Of a stretch of 64,000 bases of DNA, positions 50,801 to 62,361 are shown piece after piece. The DNA lies in assembly GCA_000708835.1 (NCBI GenBank), contig DF237421.1:1-64000 (forward strand), written 5' to 3'. The notes beneath the pieces were generated by a model. The model ran no database searches, was not told the DNA's origin, and saw only the letters and a list, made by a program, of their open reading frames with translations. The DNA is from Klebsormidium nitens. Taxonomy: Eukaryota; Plantae; Klebsormidiophyceae. Both the position numbers and the translations under genes were made by a program. Each line of letters starts with the position of its first letter. The first letter of the stretch is position 1.

Positions 50801-52808
50801 GTCTAACCTCTATACTTTCATCGACTCAGCGACCACCTCCTTTGCTATGTTCTCCCGTTTTAGCTTTGTGCGTGCTTCAGCCTTGACTAGGAAACGGAAC
50901 CAGGAGAATGGAAACCGTCAATCGCGCTCCGTGTTTCACGTAGTCCTCGTCGACCTCCTATTAATTACGGAAATGGTGTTGTGTGTTCCCGAGTTTTAGG
51001 TCAACAGAAAAGAGGCAAACGGTCCCTCACCTTATCTCCCAGAACCTTGATTGCCCGTATGTAATCTTCATCCTTCTCCACTTTCTTCCTATAGCGTATC
51101 GTGTGCTCCAGCTCCTGTGGATCCACGTCCTTGGGCCAACCCCCCTCCGTGTGCAGCATGCCCTGACTCCCAAACGAGAAGCGCTCCGTGTTAACCTGTA
51201 CAAGTAGGTGAATATTTGAAACCCCCAACAATAAGTGGATCGTAAGAAGTTTATGAAGAAGCTGTGTAGAGTGTCAGAGAAAATGCGGCTTATAATGAGG
51301 TAATAAACCTGCATGATAGGCCCTCTTGAGGTTGATGATTTTCGCACAGGCAGTCTTGATGAAGCGAGAATCTGCTGCTGGTGAGTGAACACGTTCTGCC
51401 TTCTCTTGGGTCAGTTGCGCAGCCTTGAAAAGTCCCCCCACACCCTCTCCTCCCTCGAGGCTTTGCGTGACCCGCTCATAAGGATGACAAATGATGCCAC
51501 ATTTTTTGCGTGAAGTGAAGTCTGCCCAGGCCAGAGGATTGACGGATACGAAGGCAGACTGCGACCTTGTAGAAGAAAGATTCGAAGGTGAAACCTCGAG
51601 ACTGCCCTTATTGTCTCCTCTCAGAGTGTAGCTCCCAGTGCACATCGAGTACGTCTGGTTGGCCTCCTCGCTTCTTTCAGCAAGTGAGGCCTATAGCCAT
51701 CTTCCTCTCACTCCTTCACGAAGCACCCTGGCATGCCGTGAATGGTGCAATAGATTGTATGGCAGTATCTTGCTCAGAGTGTGCTTTATCTTGAATTTCT
51801 TAAAACTGTTCTTGCTCCTATACTCGGTGCCTCCTCCACATGCCCGCAGTTGGAACTCAAGCAAGAGGCACTTTCTCTTCGGCACTTAGTTCGCGGCCGT
51901 GTCGATCTGACTGGCCTAAACACACTCTGAACCTCTGTATATCAGCAACTTGTTTTCCTTCAAAGAGAAAGCCTCAGACGCGGAGCGAAGGACAGCCAGC
52001 ATTCCACCACTCCTCTGTCTAGCTGCCACTATCAGCAGTTTTGGCTTCAAGTAGGCCTGTGACACTCTCTATTGTTGCAGCTCCTGGCCTTGGGCAGAGT
52101 GTGCAAATCAAGCAACCTCAAAAATGCGGATCTTCCATAACCATCACTGAGAACACCACCACCAGAAGCTGATACACTCCCCTAGAATAGTCATGATAAG
52201 CTTGAGTTTCCATTAGAACGGAGCTAATACTGAAATCTAGACTCAAAACCATTCACGTGCCCCGCACCTATGCCCACCCTAAACCCTCTGCTAACCCCAC
52301 CCGTCCCGGTATTACATTCTGAGCTTATTCTCCATTTTTTTAAATGACGCAAATAATCTTTGAGCCATGACCACCACCAGCAAAAAGTGCAGAGCTGGAG
52401 ATCAGTACGCTACACGTCGCGGTTCGCATCTTTATGATCATTTTTTCTGAAGCCATCCAATCTGAGATAATGACCAGCACTCCAAGCACGGTAAATGCTG
52501 GATGCACCCTGCACGGTGCCCTTAATATACTGCTATCTTCCTATTCTCTAAAATCCTAGATTGGAAAGCAGGACTCAAAGAGTAGAAACACAATCTGGTA
52601 AGCTTCTGGTGGCTGCACCCCTTACCTCGTGCTCGGACATTTCTGGGACAACTTGCACATTGGTGACACATGGATTCCGTTCCATGTGGTTCTCAGCTAG
52701 AGCTGGTTCCGGACGCAGGTCCACCAGGACCTCTGCCGGACTGTCCGAGAACTTTGCATGCCGTCCAAACTCCTTGCGCTGCTTCTGGTACATATAGTAG
52801 ATCTCCAT
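44828..52808 (-). CDS. DNAI2: Axonemal outer-arm dynein intermediate chain 2 (IC2/IC69/ODA6, WD40; 555 aa, 11 exons)
   Basis: Exons: 52626-52808, 51031-51195, 50020-50229, 49081-49310, 48460-48592, 48190-48306, 47201-47364, 46590-46725, 46063-46215, 45502-45636, 44828-44869 (1668 nt, open frame). Matches recalled Chlamydomonas IC69: [32 protein letters not shown]...[64 protein letters not shown]. Confidence 0.95.
47425..50405 (-). repeat. Echo duplications in DNAI2 introns
   Basis: Exon-7 acceptor echo (decoy start 47475), exon-6 donor echo (GT at 48057), exon-4 acceptor echoes (~49425-49470, ~49605-49655), exon-3 acceptor echo (decoy start 50398). Confidence 0.88.
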
Positions 52809-55800
52809 AATCAAGGGGTTGATGGTCCCGTCTGAAAATTCTCTTTGGTAAATCTGACTGAGGCTGAAAGTGCGTATGTGATTTACTCTGATGAACTTCA
52901 CAAAGAATAGGGCAAGTAGCTGATTCAGGCCCCTTGGGTTCAACTGCCTGAGTTCTGAGAATGTTTGCGCGACCAGCTGCGCATGGTGTGTCGTTGTTTG
53001 AACAGCTGCATCCGAATCAGCTCGTCAAATTAAGCTGCTTATCACCCAAGCATTGCTACCCTGAGCTGCCCAGCTCTGAAAAGCTGAGATGCGGTCTACA
53101 TTAAGTGCGCACCTAGTTTGTTGCCCTCGAGGCTGGATTCTTGCATCTCAATTCAGGCTCGGGACTCTAGTGGCCTGCTTTTGTTTTGCAGTTTTTATAC
53201 AAGGGAACCGAAATACGGCAAGAAGAACCAGCTCTTCCCTCCATAATATGAATCTTCTGGGTTGTGTCCCCTTCGTATCTTCCAGCTCAAAGCTACAGCC
53301 TACAGCTTACTGGAGACGCGACTCATGGCAGGTGCTTCCAAGCTCAGCTCATCCGTTTCACCCGGCGCCCTTCATGGCGAACCAATCCCATGCATGAATA
53401 CAGTTTTTAAGTTCCTTTCTTTGTTTTCATTCTACCTCGGGCAGCAGGCTATTAGGAAGGGGCGTTTTGTGTGAAGCTTCAAGAGGGTGTTACTGTTACA
53501 GAAAGGAAGAGTACCTATTTCTGCATAGGACTGAAGCACGCCAGGGTGGCACGCCTTAACCCGCTTACTAACAGTATAAAGTCCCCATAACGCCGCAGTA
53601 ACCAGTGGTTTACCTGCCACGCTGAAATAATTCCCCCTGCCTTAAATACGGGGGTGTACAGTGTTGGTACTTTAACAGTACTACCTAGTATTATCAAAGC
53701 ACGATTCGCAGGCTTGCCTCTTGCCAGTGCATAGTACATACTGCACACAACGACACGCGACATACCGTTGAACCTTCTGCTGCGCGCGCGCAGGCAGGGA
53801 CAAGAATGGAGGGTCAGATGAGATATCGACGGCTGTGTTTCTATGTCAGAAAGTGACGTCCGATCGGGTGCTTCAGGAATCAGGATTACACCGGCGCCGT
53901 CCGGCGGCTTCTAGCTTGACGTCACACCTCTGTCAGATGTTGCCGATGTGTTCATCAAAAGAAATAATTCGTCCAGAGAACAAGCTTCCTAGTGGCTAGA
54001 AAAGACGCACAAACTAGGATCCGAGGGTCTGTTTCTAATCAGAATTCAGAATAAAAGTAGGCTAAAATCGAAAGTCTAACGTTATCGCGTACATGTCAAC
54101 GGGATACGGTCGTCAAAGCAGTACGGCTCTTCTCATTGGTCAAAGTCGCGCGACCAAATACTTATTACCCGATCTTTGAGGGAGTGCAGACTTTCGTCAT
54201 CCGCCAAGTGGCGCACTGCCATTGAACCTGGGCGCAACGAGAGATTTGGGCAACCTCTCTCGGGGCTTACGGAAAATGCTTTCCTGGCTTGACGGTAACC
54301 GCTCAAACTTGCGTGGAAGGGGGGCCGCCATGATTGTGTGCATTGTGCAACCCCTCTTCTCCCCAGCCTGTCACTTGCAGCTTCCTATTGGGTCCAAAAT
54401 TGACTTCAGAGGGACTTCAGAAGTTAGAAGTTAGAACCCATTTCTGCTAGTGGTTGCGTCACGGTATTACGCGGGATTGTCCAAAGCACAAGCCAGCCGG
54501 TTAGCTACCTCGACGCTCACGGCGCTTACCCCCATATCAAAAGCCCAATCTGTGATTGCTAACAAGAGTTCGCAGGGTACATATATATTCGACGTTTAGG
54601 GGTTTGCTCCTGGCCTTCTCTGCAGTCAGCTGCTTTCACGAACGTTCCAGCTCCAGGCCCTCTCCTACAGTACAAGTCACTCCCTTTGAAGCCTGCTGGT
54701 GCCTCGCAATACCCATTTATACTGAGCTGCGAAGAATTTTGAGGTCTCAGCTGGGTGGCGATCAACAGAAAGCAAAACGTGCACTGCAATCAAAAGAGGC
54801 TTTTGGACACACGCCTGCTTTACTTACAAGCGCTGACATGCGATCGTAGAGACTGATCCAGGCGATCATGCCGCTCTTCCCTCACATGCCCGCTGCAGAA
54901 GCTTAACATTGATAACACAAGACCTGTGAGACAATGACGGGCCTTGTTGAACCCCGAGGCAATGATTGACGAGCGGGCGGGCGGCGGCACCTCTAAACGC
55001 CTGGCGGCTGACTGCTGACGTCATCGCACACGCAATGCCACAGTAAGGAGCAATGCGCAAAAAACCCCCGAGATGCGGCATTCGAATTCACTACAAAACA
55101 GACTCAGCCAAAGTGGTATGAGGCGTAGATCAGTGAAGGAAGAAGCAAGCAGGCTCTGAGGGACTGGAGGCCTTTCCTGAGGGCGTGAAGGTGAGAAAAA
55201 GAGTGGGTTGACGGCAGGAAGTCTGAATGCAACCTTCACATGTGGAGTGTTTCTTTGATCCAACGCACAAGACGTCGGACGCTAGGTCTGAAATGCATTG
55301 TCTGCAATTACAAGTAAGTTTTGCAGGCCTAAAGAGAAAGAAAAGATCTGAGGCAGGCTTCCTTGGGTTGACTCCGATTTTCTCTTATAAATATTTGTTG
55401 TGGTTGGAAAGTTTTGTCAGAGTGCACTGTTTCGATTCTGTCATCTTATGTGGACACTTCTCTAGATGGAGGGTGTAATGCCGAGGGTGGTGCAGTGAGA
55501 GGAGCTAAGTGGAAGAGAAGCGGACTTATTCTGAGCTAGTTTGACACCTCATTGAGAAGTGAGATAATGCTGTGCATCTTATGGATCGTCTTGTTTGCAG
55601 AGGCACTTCTGTTAAACAGGCGTACGTTTTCCAGTGCTTCTCCGCTTCTTTCCGTGCTGTTGCCTTCTAGATAAGGGACTTTGAACCCGCACGCTCCTTC
55701 AGTGATAATTAGCCCTACCTGTGCGCCTTCAGTGTTTGCTGATGTAAGCTGTTTGTTTTGTCCTCTTCTTCTTTGGTTTCTCCTTGTTTCTATGGTTTCA

Positions 55801-56456
55801 AAAGTCCCTTGGGTCCACTTTTTAGCCAGTGCTTGAGAAGCATACCCACCTGAAAAAGGCATGGGGGGATGAGGAGAATTGTGCAAGCTGTCTAAGAGCT
55901 AAGACATCTAAGAATGATGTCAAAGAGAGGTTGTGGCTTGAAGGTAACAATGCTGAGGGACGCTGAAAAGGGTAAACGCACTCCAGGTTTTGCACAGTGG
56001 CAGAATAGGAAGCTCTTCCAAGCAGACTACGAGTACTGTTCCAAAGTTTACCCACGGAACCTTTTTGAAGAGTCACTGCGCTTTTGAAGCTGCATCTCCG
56101 CTGGTGATCATTTTCTGAAAGGTGTCGTCACTTTGAGGAGCTCGCTGAGGTGTCCTTTTGTGTACTGAGCCAAACGCCTTGACTTTCGTGTGACGACATT
56201 TGTCCAATTGCAGTGCTCTTTCTCAGCCACAGTTTCCTGCTCTAAACGCCGGCGCAGTCAGGTGATCTATGGAAGCTTCTGATTGAAGTTCTTTTGCTCT
56301 TCGCCTGTCCTACTGCTCCCTACTACCCCGATCAAGCCCGGAGTAAGGCAAGTCTTTCCCTCTCACACAGGCCCGCAATTGCCCCAAGCTAACGAACCCC
56401 GTTTTGGCTCCTGCAGACTGCTGATTTCTCCAACTTCATAAAAGAGCAGTGCCCGA

Positions 56457-59400
56457 ATGGGAAACATGAATGGAGAGCCTACTAGAGACGAGTTACGAGA
56501 GCGGGCAAACCGAGCGTTGGCGGACTTGGCAGCCTATCAGGGGGGGGGCAGCTACGTCTGGGTAGTGGTTCGCGAAGGGGAGAAAATAGGGGGGTGCTCC
56601 ACCAACCTGCGGCCGTACCAGGACGCGTTTGAGAACGAGGTTATGCAGGCTGTGTGAGTGCAATTCCGGGGGACTTATCGTTGACTCTCTCCTTTTTCCC
56701 CCAACATGACCGGCTTTCGCTCCACGCTTTGCCACTCCTCATTTTCTTTTCACTTACTCTGCTGAAGTCCCGTTGACTCCCTCCTTTTCCCCCCCACATG
56801 AATCGGCTTCTTCGCTCCACGCTTTGCCACTACTCTGTTCTCTCCTCTTCTTTCTCGTTGCTCTTGCTACTCGAATTTGATGTTCTTTTCACTTACTTTG
56901 CTGAAGTCCCGTTGACTCCTTCGTTTCCCCCCCACACGAATTGGCATTTGATCCATGCTTTGCGACTCCTATGTTTTATCTTCTCCTTCTCGTTGCTCTT
57001 GCTACTTGGGCTGACGTCCTTCTTCTTGACTAAGTTGCCCAAGCTACTTAAAAGGCCCCCGGATAGGAATGTATGCCAGTCTCTTTGAGTGTCTCGTGTG
57101 CAATGGCAGAAGGAGAGGAGTTTGACGGGTGAAGACTTTTTGTCACGTATGGGTTGCTGGGTTGCTGTCAATCCTAAGTCCGTTCGGCCCGAGGGGGTGC
57201 GATGGTGAGACCTCTGCAGATGTTATATGGTCAAGGGCTGAAGCTGCCTTTGCCGACCCCGACCTTTGACCCACTCTTTCCCCACGTAAAGCTGCGACGG
57301 AACGCTTGAGCTTGGCTTTCGCACAAACTGCAGTTTTAAAACCCGAGGCAGAGTCCATGGGTCTTTGTCTCGAAATTTCCTTCACCTACCCCTCTTCGTA
57401 AGCCTTGCTCTGCCTGATAAACAATCTGCTCAAACCGCTTCGCAAAGAAACGACTCGATTCCTTGTACGTATGACTTTGCTTTTGCTGGCAGATATCTTG
57501 CTGTTTGCAGAGCGATTTACATACGTGCGACTGGGGACGCGCTGCCCAATACGGAGGCGAACTTTGGTTAGCATATCACACGACTCCTTATACGTGTGAC
57601 CTTGCTTTCTGCAGACCGATGGAGATCTGTGCGATCGGCAACGCGCTGCCCAAAAAGGAAGTTGACCTTTGCGTATAGGATATCGTACATTCACTTATAC
57701 GTACAGTTTCTGATATGTACGCCCTTGCTTTCCGCAGACCGATGGAGATCTGTGCGACTGGCGACGCGCTCCCAAAGACGGAGGCGACCTTTGCTCAGAA
57801 CACCAGGACAAGGCACACGGACCTGCACCCCATCGTGGCCGTTCTCATGGCGAAGCTGAACGAGATCAACGGCCACAACTCGCCCAGGACAATGGCCATC
57901 AAACACCCCGACACGGTGAGCCCAAATGATGGGGCCCGCTGATTCGCATTCTCTGTTGCCGAAGCGGTTGATTTGTTTTGATCATTGTTTTTCCGAGTGA
58001 GAAGGTGAGGCTTAAAGCAGTGAAGAGTTTGAACGTGATAAGGGGGTTTCTGCGAAATCGGACAGCCTCCGGATCGCCGCGCATCTGCCCACTTGGACGT
58101 AAAGTTAGCGCTGCAGCAGTCGATTGGCCAGTCTCATATCGGATCTCCGACTTGTCGAGCCAGGTCCTCTTTCATCGGGAATGGTGTTCTTAACGTTATA
58201 GCTCCTTCCAAATCGATTGAACCAGAACCGTTTGTTTCCGGGAGCACATACATTAGGAGAACCTTCCGAAGCTGTTCCAATCAAGCCTCACCGGTCAAGT
58301 GCTTTGTATCTCAGCATGTCTATCCTCTGAACGGATATGTTTGCAGAGAAAGTCTTAATAATGATTCCAGACAGACTCTCACCTCGCAAGTAGTTCTTCC
58401 CCGCAGCTTCGTCTTTGGTTGTCGGTCCTGAGGAGTGCATAACTCTGCGGAAATCCTTCTTTGGAGCTTTCTAGGCAGGCTCTCATATCTGCAGTTCCTT
58501 CTTCCCCGCACCTTCCCTTCCGCATCACCTAAACGTTTCTTCAAGTCGTTCCGGGGCAGACTCTCTGTTTTTTACCCACTGTAAATCGAAATACAAATTT
58601 GTATTGATCCTAACACCGGCTCCGCCTGGAAAGTTCCCGCTTTAAGCCCATGAACATGCGGTCTCAGAATTCACCCCGGATTAAAGATCGATCGGACTGA
58701 AAAGCCCGCTTTTCTGGATCGAGACTTGTTTCTTCCTTCATGCACTGAAGACGGGTCTGGAAGTGGGTTCTTATGAACTGTCCCCACAGCTCCCCTCCTG
58801 GTTCCCGCATCACCTGTGGTGAGGACTTTCGCTTCCAAGGCGTTTCGAGGCCGACTCTCACTTCGAAACTCCTTTTCCCTGCAGCTCCCCCCCTGGTTTC
58901 CGCAACATCTGGAATTTTGAAGGCGTTTCCAGGCAGAATCTAAGTTTGTTATTGCATTTTGTCCGCAGCTCCTCCCCTGGTTCCCGCATCACTTAGAATT
59001 TTGAAGGCATCTTCAGGCAGAATCTAACTTTGTTATTGCTTTTTTTCCGCAGCTCCCCCTCTGGTTCCCGCACCGCCCCAAAGTCTACGCGGAGCGCACG
59101 CAGGCCATGTCCCTCCCGCAGCTCTTCCAGGTCCTCGACGCCATCTTCGGCCACGTCAGGCGCCACGTGGCGGCCATCCATTCGCTGCACTCCGCCGTGG
59201 CCTCCCACTTCCGCGTCTCCTCCGTGCCCACGCGCACGCGCGCGTGCTTCGAGGCTTTCTTCGACTTTCTCAGAAGGGAGGCCGAAGAGATCGGGGGAAA
59301 GCCCCGGGGGGCGAGGAGTACCCCCCGGGGGGGCGTTTCTCCCTCGGTTGGCACCCCCCCGGGAGCACGACTACCCGCCGCGAAAAGCCCTGGGGAAGCG

Positions 59401-60093
59401 AACGGGACAACCCCCCGGGGAGGCCCACGACGGCGCGGGCTCAGGAACAGCCCGACCCCGGAGAGGACTCCGGCGGGGGGGTTGTTTTTGCCGTCTCCGG
59501 GCCCCCACCCGTCGGAGATGGTGGGCGATTTGGACGAAGATGTGCCCATCCTGGACAATCCCAAGTCGACGATCACCCGGGGGCGGCGGGCGAAGAAGGG
59601 CGACCAAATAGCGGGCGGAGCAGGCAAAGCGTCGCCAAAGACGGAGTCAGAAAGTCCCTGGGCCGAAGAGGATGAGCTTGCGAGGGGCGTGAGCCGCTCG
59701 TACAAAAGAAGAAGGGAGAGCTCGAGAATTCCGCCCGGGAGTTTCGGAGGAGCCGGGACTCCCGGAAAGAGAACTAGAGTGAAGACCGAAGTGGACGACG
59801 CGTTCGCCGGGAGGGCTGAGTCCGACTTGAGCGCGCACTCAAGCACGCCACGTGTCGACGTGCCGTTGGCCATGGCGGAATGCGCTGAAAGCAGGCCGGA
59901 GATCCAGTCCAACGGGGTTGGGGTCGAGCATTCCGGCGGAGCGGGACCGGAATTGGGCGGAAAAGGTTGGGATGACGGAGACAGCGAACATAGTTTTGAC
60001 CAGTTATTGAATAACGTGGACTGGGAGCAGGTAGAGAATGGATTGAGGGCGGAAACGGAGGACGCCGGAAGCGGCGGAATGGATCGGGGCTGA
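56457..60093 (+). CDS. Putative transcription factor with a divergent EIN3/EIL-like N-terminal domain and long disordered C-terminus (471 aa, 3 coding exons)
   Basis: join(56457-56653, 57738-57915, 59053-60093) = 1416 nt, phases 2 and 0, with an in-frame stop upstream of the ATG. Motifs GSYVWVVVREGEKIGGCSTNLR, DLHPIVAVLM, LPLWFP and VLDAIFGHV..HVAAIHSL parallel recalled EIN3 [38 protein letters not shown] and VLTAVIKHM..DIAKIRKL. NLS-like KRRRE and KRTRVK. Gene model confidence is high; family call is moderate. Confidence 0.65.
56681..57015. repeat. Three degenerate intronic tandem repeats (~90-130 bp)
   Basis: gttgactc..cc/ttttcccccc/acaYga..cgctccacgctttgccact..cttttcacttactYtgctgaagtccc occurs three times in intron 1 of the EIN3-like gene. 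Confidence 0.75.
57495..59035 (+). repeat. Echo duplications of the exon-2 and exon-3 acceptors of the EIN3-like gene
   Basis: Exon-2 decoy AGs end at 57510 and 57614 (real 57737). Exon-3 decoy AGs end at 58789, 58884 and 58968 (real 59052), each followed by a CTC-CNC-NNN-TGG-TTY-CCG copy. Confidence 0.9.
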
Positions 60094-62361
60094 CAATTAA
60101 GTTGGCGAGATGGTAAAGCTGTAGACTCGGCTGACTGAAGCGCCACATTATAAGCAGGATTGAAAGACTTGCTTTCTGGTTAAAACATGGGCTACGAGAT
60201 TTTGGCTGCCTGCTTTCATGTGATTTATCACAAACACTTGCTAGGAGGGCCTGTCTAGATGCACACCTTGACATTTATCTGCTGTGTTTGCTTGACACTG
60301 ATAAGGCGTTAAAGTTTCTCGAGCGGAGAGACTTTGTATAGGGAAGCTGGGTAAGTGTAAGTAGAGTGACGCGAACTCGGGATATCCTGATTTGCTCTCC
60401 ATATAGGTATTTTCAATCTCTTCGTTCTTTTGCGTTACCTGGATGAGAAGCCCGGCAGAGTCGAAACGATCAGACGCGATTGACCAGAGCCAAACGGATC
60501 CAAACCCCGCATAAGGTGCCCATGCGCTTGGAACCCCCGCCGACGAAGCCCGTAATGCATAAGACACTGGTGAGACTTCCAACTCAGGGCAGTAGGATAC
60601 GAGAGCTGAGATGAAAGACTGCCCGCTTATATTTGACACGTTTCAACATGTACCGTGCCTGATGCACGCTCGGAGGACCACCACCTTACCCTTTGTAAGC
60701 CGATGCATGATGGCATGCGTGCTTCTTTCCGTCAATTATCCTGTTTCGAAACTGGCATAATCTAATAATTTTATGTTACACAGGGTATACACGCAACCGT
60801 GAAGACGTGGTGTCCTGCAAAGACTTTTGTTGGCCGCCCTCATAACATGGACTTACATGCACCACAGATCTGAATGTACAAAGCATTGCCATGTGCGCTG
60901 CGCTCCTCTGCAACCATGCAGAATTGTAAACTTATAAACTTATGTTTCCCTGACGCGCTCAAATCCGGAGATGTTAATCTGCCACCTTCATCAAAACTTC
61001 GATGGTGCCTGGTGATCATATCACTTGATCGATGCCGCCCCGAGCGTGCAGGGCGGCAACTTCTAAGCGTCCGGCGATTATTGCATGCCCTGCGCTGGCC
61101 CGCCCACCCGGAGAACGGACTCATGTTGAGAAGAGGAAGATTTTAAATTGTCAACAAGGAACTCAAACCGTACCCCGCCTTGCCTATAGGAACTTCATGC
61201 GATGCAGTGACTGCAATCATTGATTCGTACGTCAAGACAGTTCAAGTTCGTTGGCATGCAGCACGGAATGGAGGTCGCTTAGAAAGCACCTCGATCACAC
61301 GCAACGCATGTACTGCACAACTCCGAGCGCACTGAGCAGCGGCAGCGGGCCGGGCAAAACATATCCACAACATGGTTTCGCATTGCCCACACCTATACTA
61401 TCGTTTTGGACGAGCTTCGAACAAGTGACTCACTGTCAGCGCGCATGTGGTCTGACATTGTCAATAGCATGCGGTATCGATTGCACAACAGACCCGGCGA
61501 ACTCAATGGCAATGAGGATATTGTACCCATCAAGGACTCGACACATATGCCATATCTCGGTACGTGCCATTTCTGTAGTTTCCGAGTGCCAACATGCTCA
61601 TGCGACTTAACAGTGCGTGTCGAATGCCCGTTTGTTGACTAAGATTTTAACAACGAGTCGAGTCCACCAAGGATAGCACCATCCGGATGATGGTGTGTTT
61701 GGCCAAACACGACGTGCTGACATTGTTCATCGGCTATCGCTCTTCTTACAAAAGTTAGAATCACTGAAGTGGAGGACTCAGGAATCGGACCTTGCCAACA
61801 TTAAGAGTGCAAATCTACTGAAAGAATGGTTATGTGAAGCAGCATTCTAGCCTTGACCACTTCTTATTTTGCAGCCACTATAAGTGTAGCAGTCCACAAG
61901 CTCGGTGTATATGCTCAGACAAGATATACCTAACGTACGGGCCACTCGTTGCCCAACTTGCTTTCAAACTTCCGCACTCGTCTCCATCAAAGACCACTTT
62001 CTCAGGCCACCAGAGTAACAACCGCTATCGAACTCAGCACCGCACCCCCAATACCGCACTCGCCCAAATTTCCTTCAAACCTCCACGTTTACCTCCAACA
62101 CTGGCCACTTTCTCCAAGCAGAGTAATAATTATTTACTTAGCTCGACACCGCACTCACACGTACATTTTAGCTTTTGGTTGGGAACTTTGCTATTGCGGC
62201 ATAGTGTTTGCCAACCTCAGAATAAACGCCAATGCAACACATGGTATCTGTCCTGAACAGTGCGGCCCCCCCCTTAGATTGATGCTATATCAGGCTTTCC
62301 GAGCTATTAATGTTCCAGCTTTGCAACCCGGATGAGCATGCGCACCAATAAAGCCACTCCC

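Noticed and set aside
53541-53625. Short inverted repeat CAGGGTGGCA...TGCCACGCTG resembling a hAT/MITE terminus
   Set aside because: Only ~10 bp, imperfect, with no target-site duplication.
57495-59035. Regularly spaced repeats as a CRISPR-like array
   Set aside because: Eukaryotic intron context; the units are degenerate copies of splice junctions with related, not unique, spacers, and there are no cas genes.
59030-60274. Overlapping long ORFs on both strands (193-353 aa)
   Set aside because: Shadow frames of the GC-rich last exon of the EIN3-like gene.
60241-61650. Several 60-130 aa ORFs between the convergent EIN3-like genes
   Set aside because: No recognisable homology or splice support; probably UTR or intergenic.
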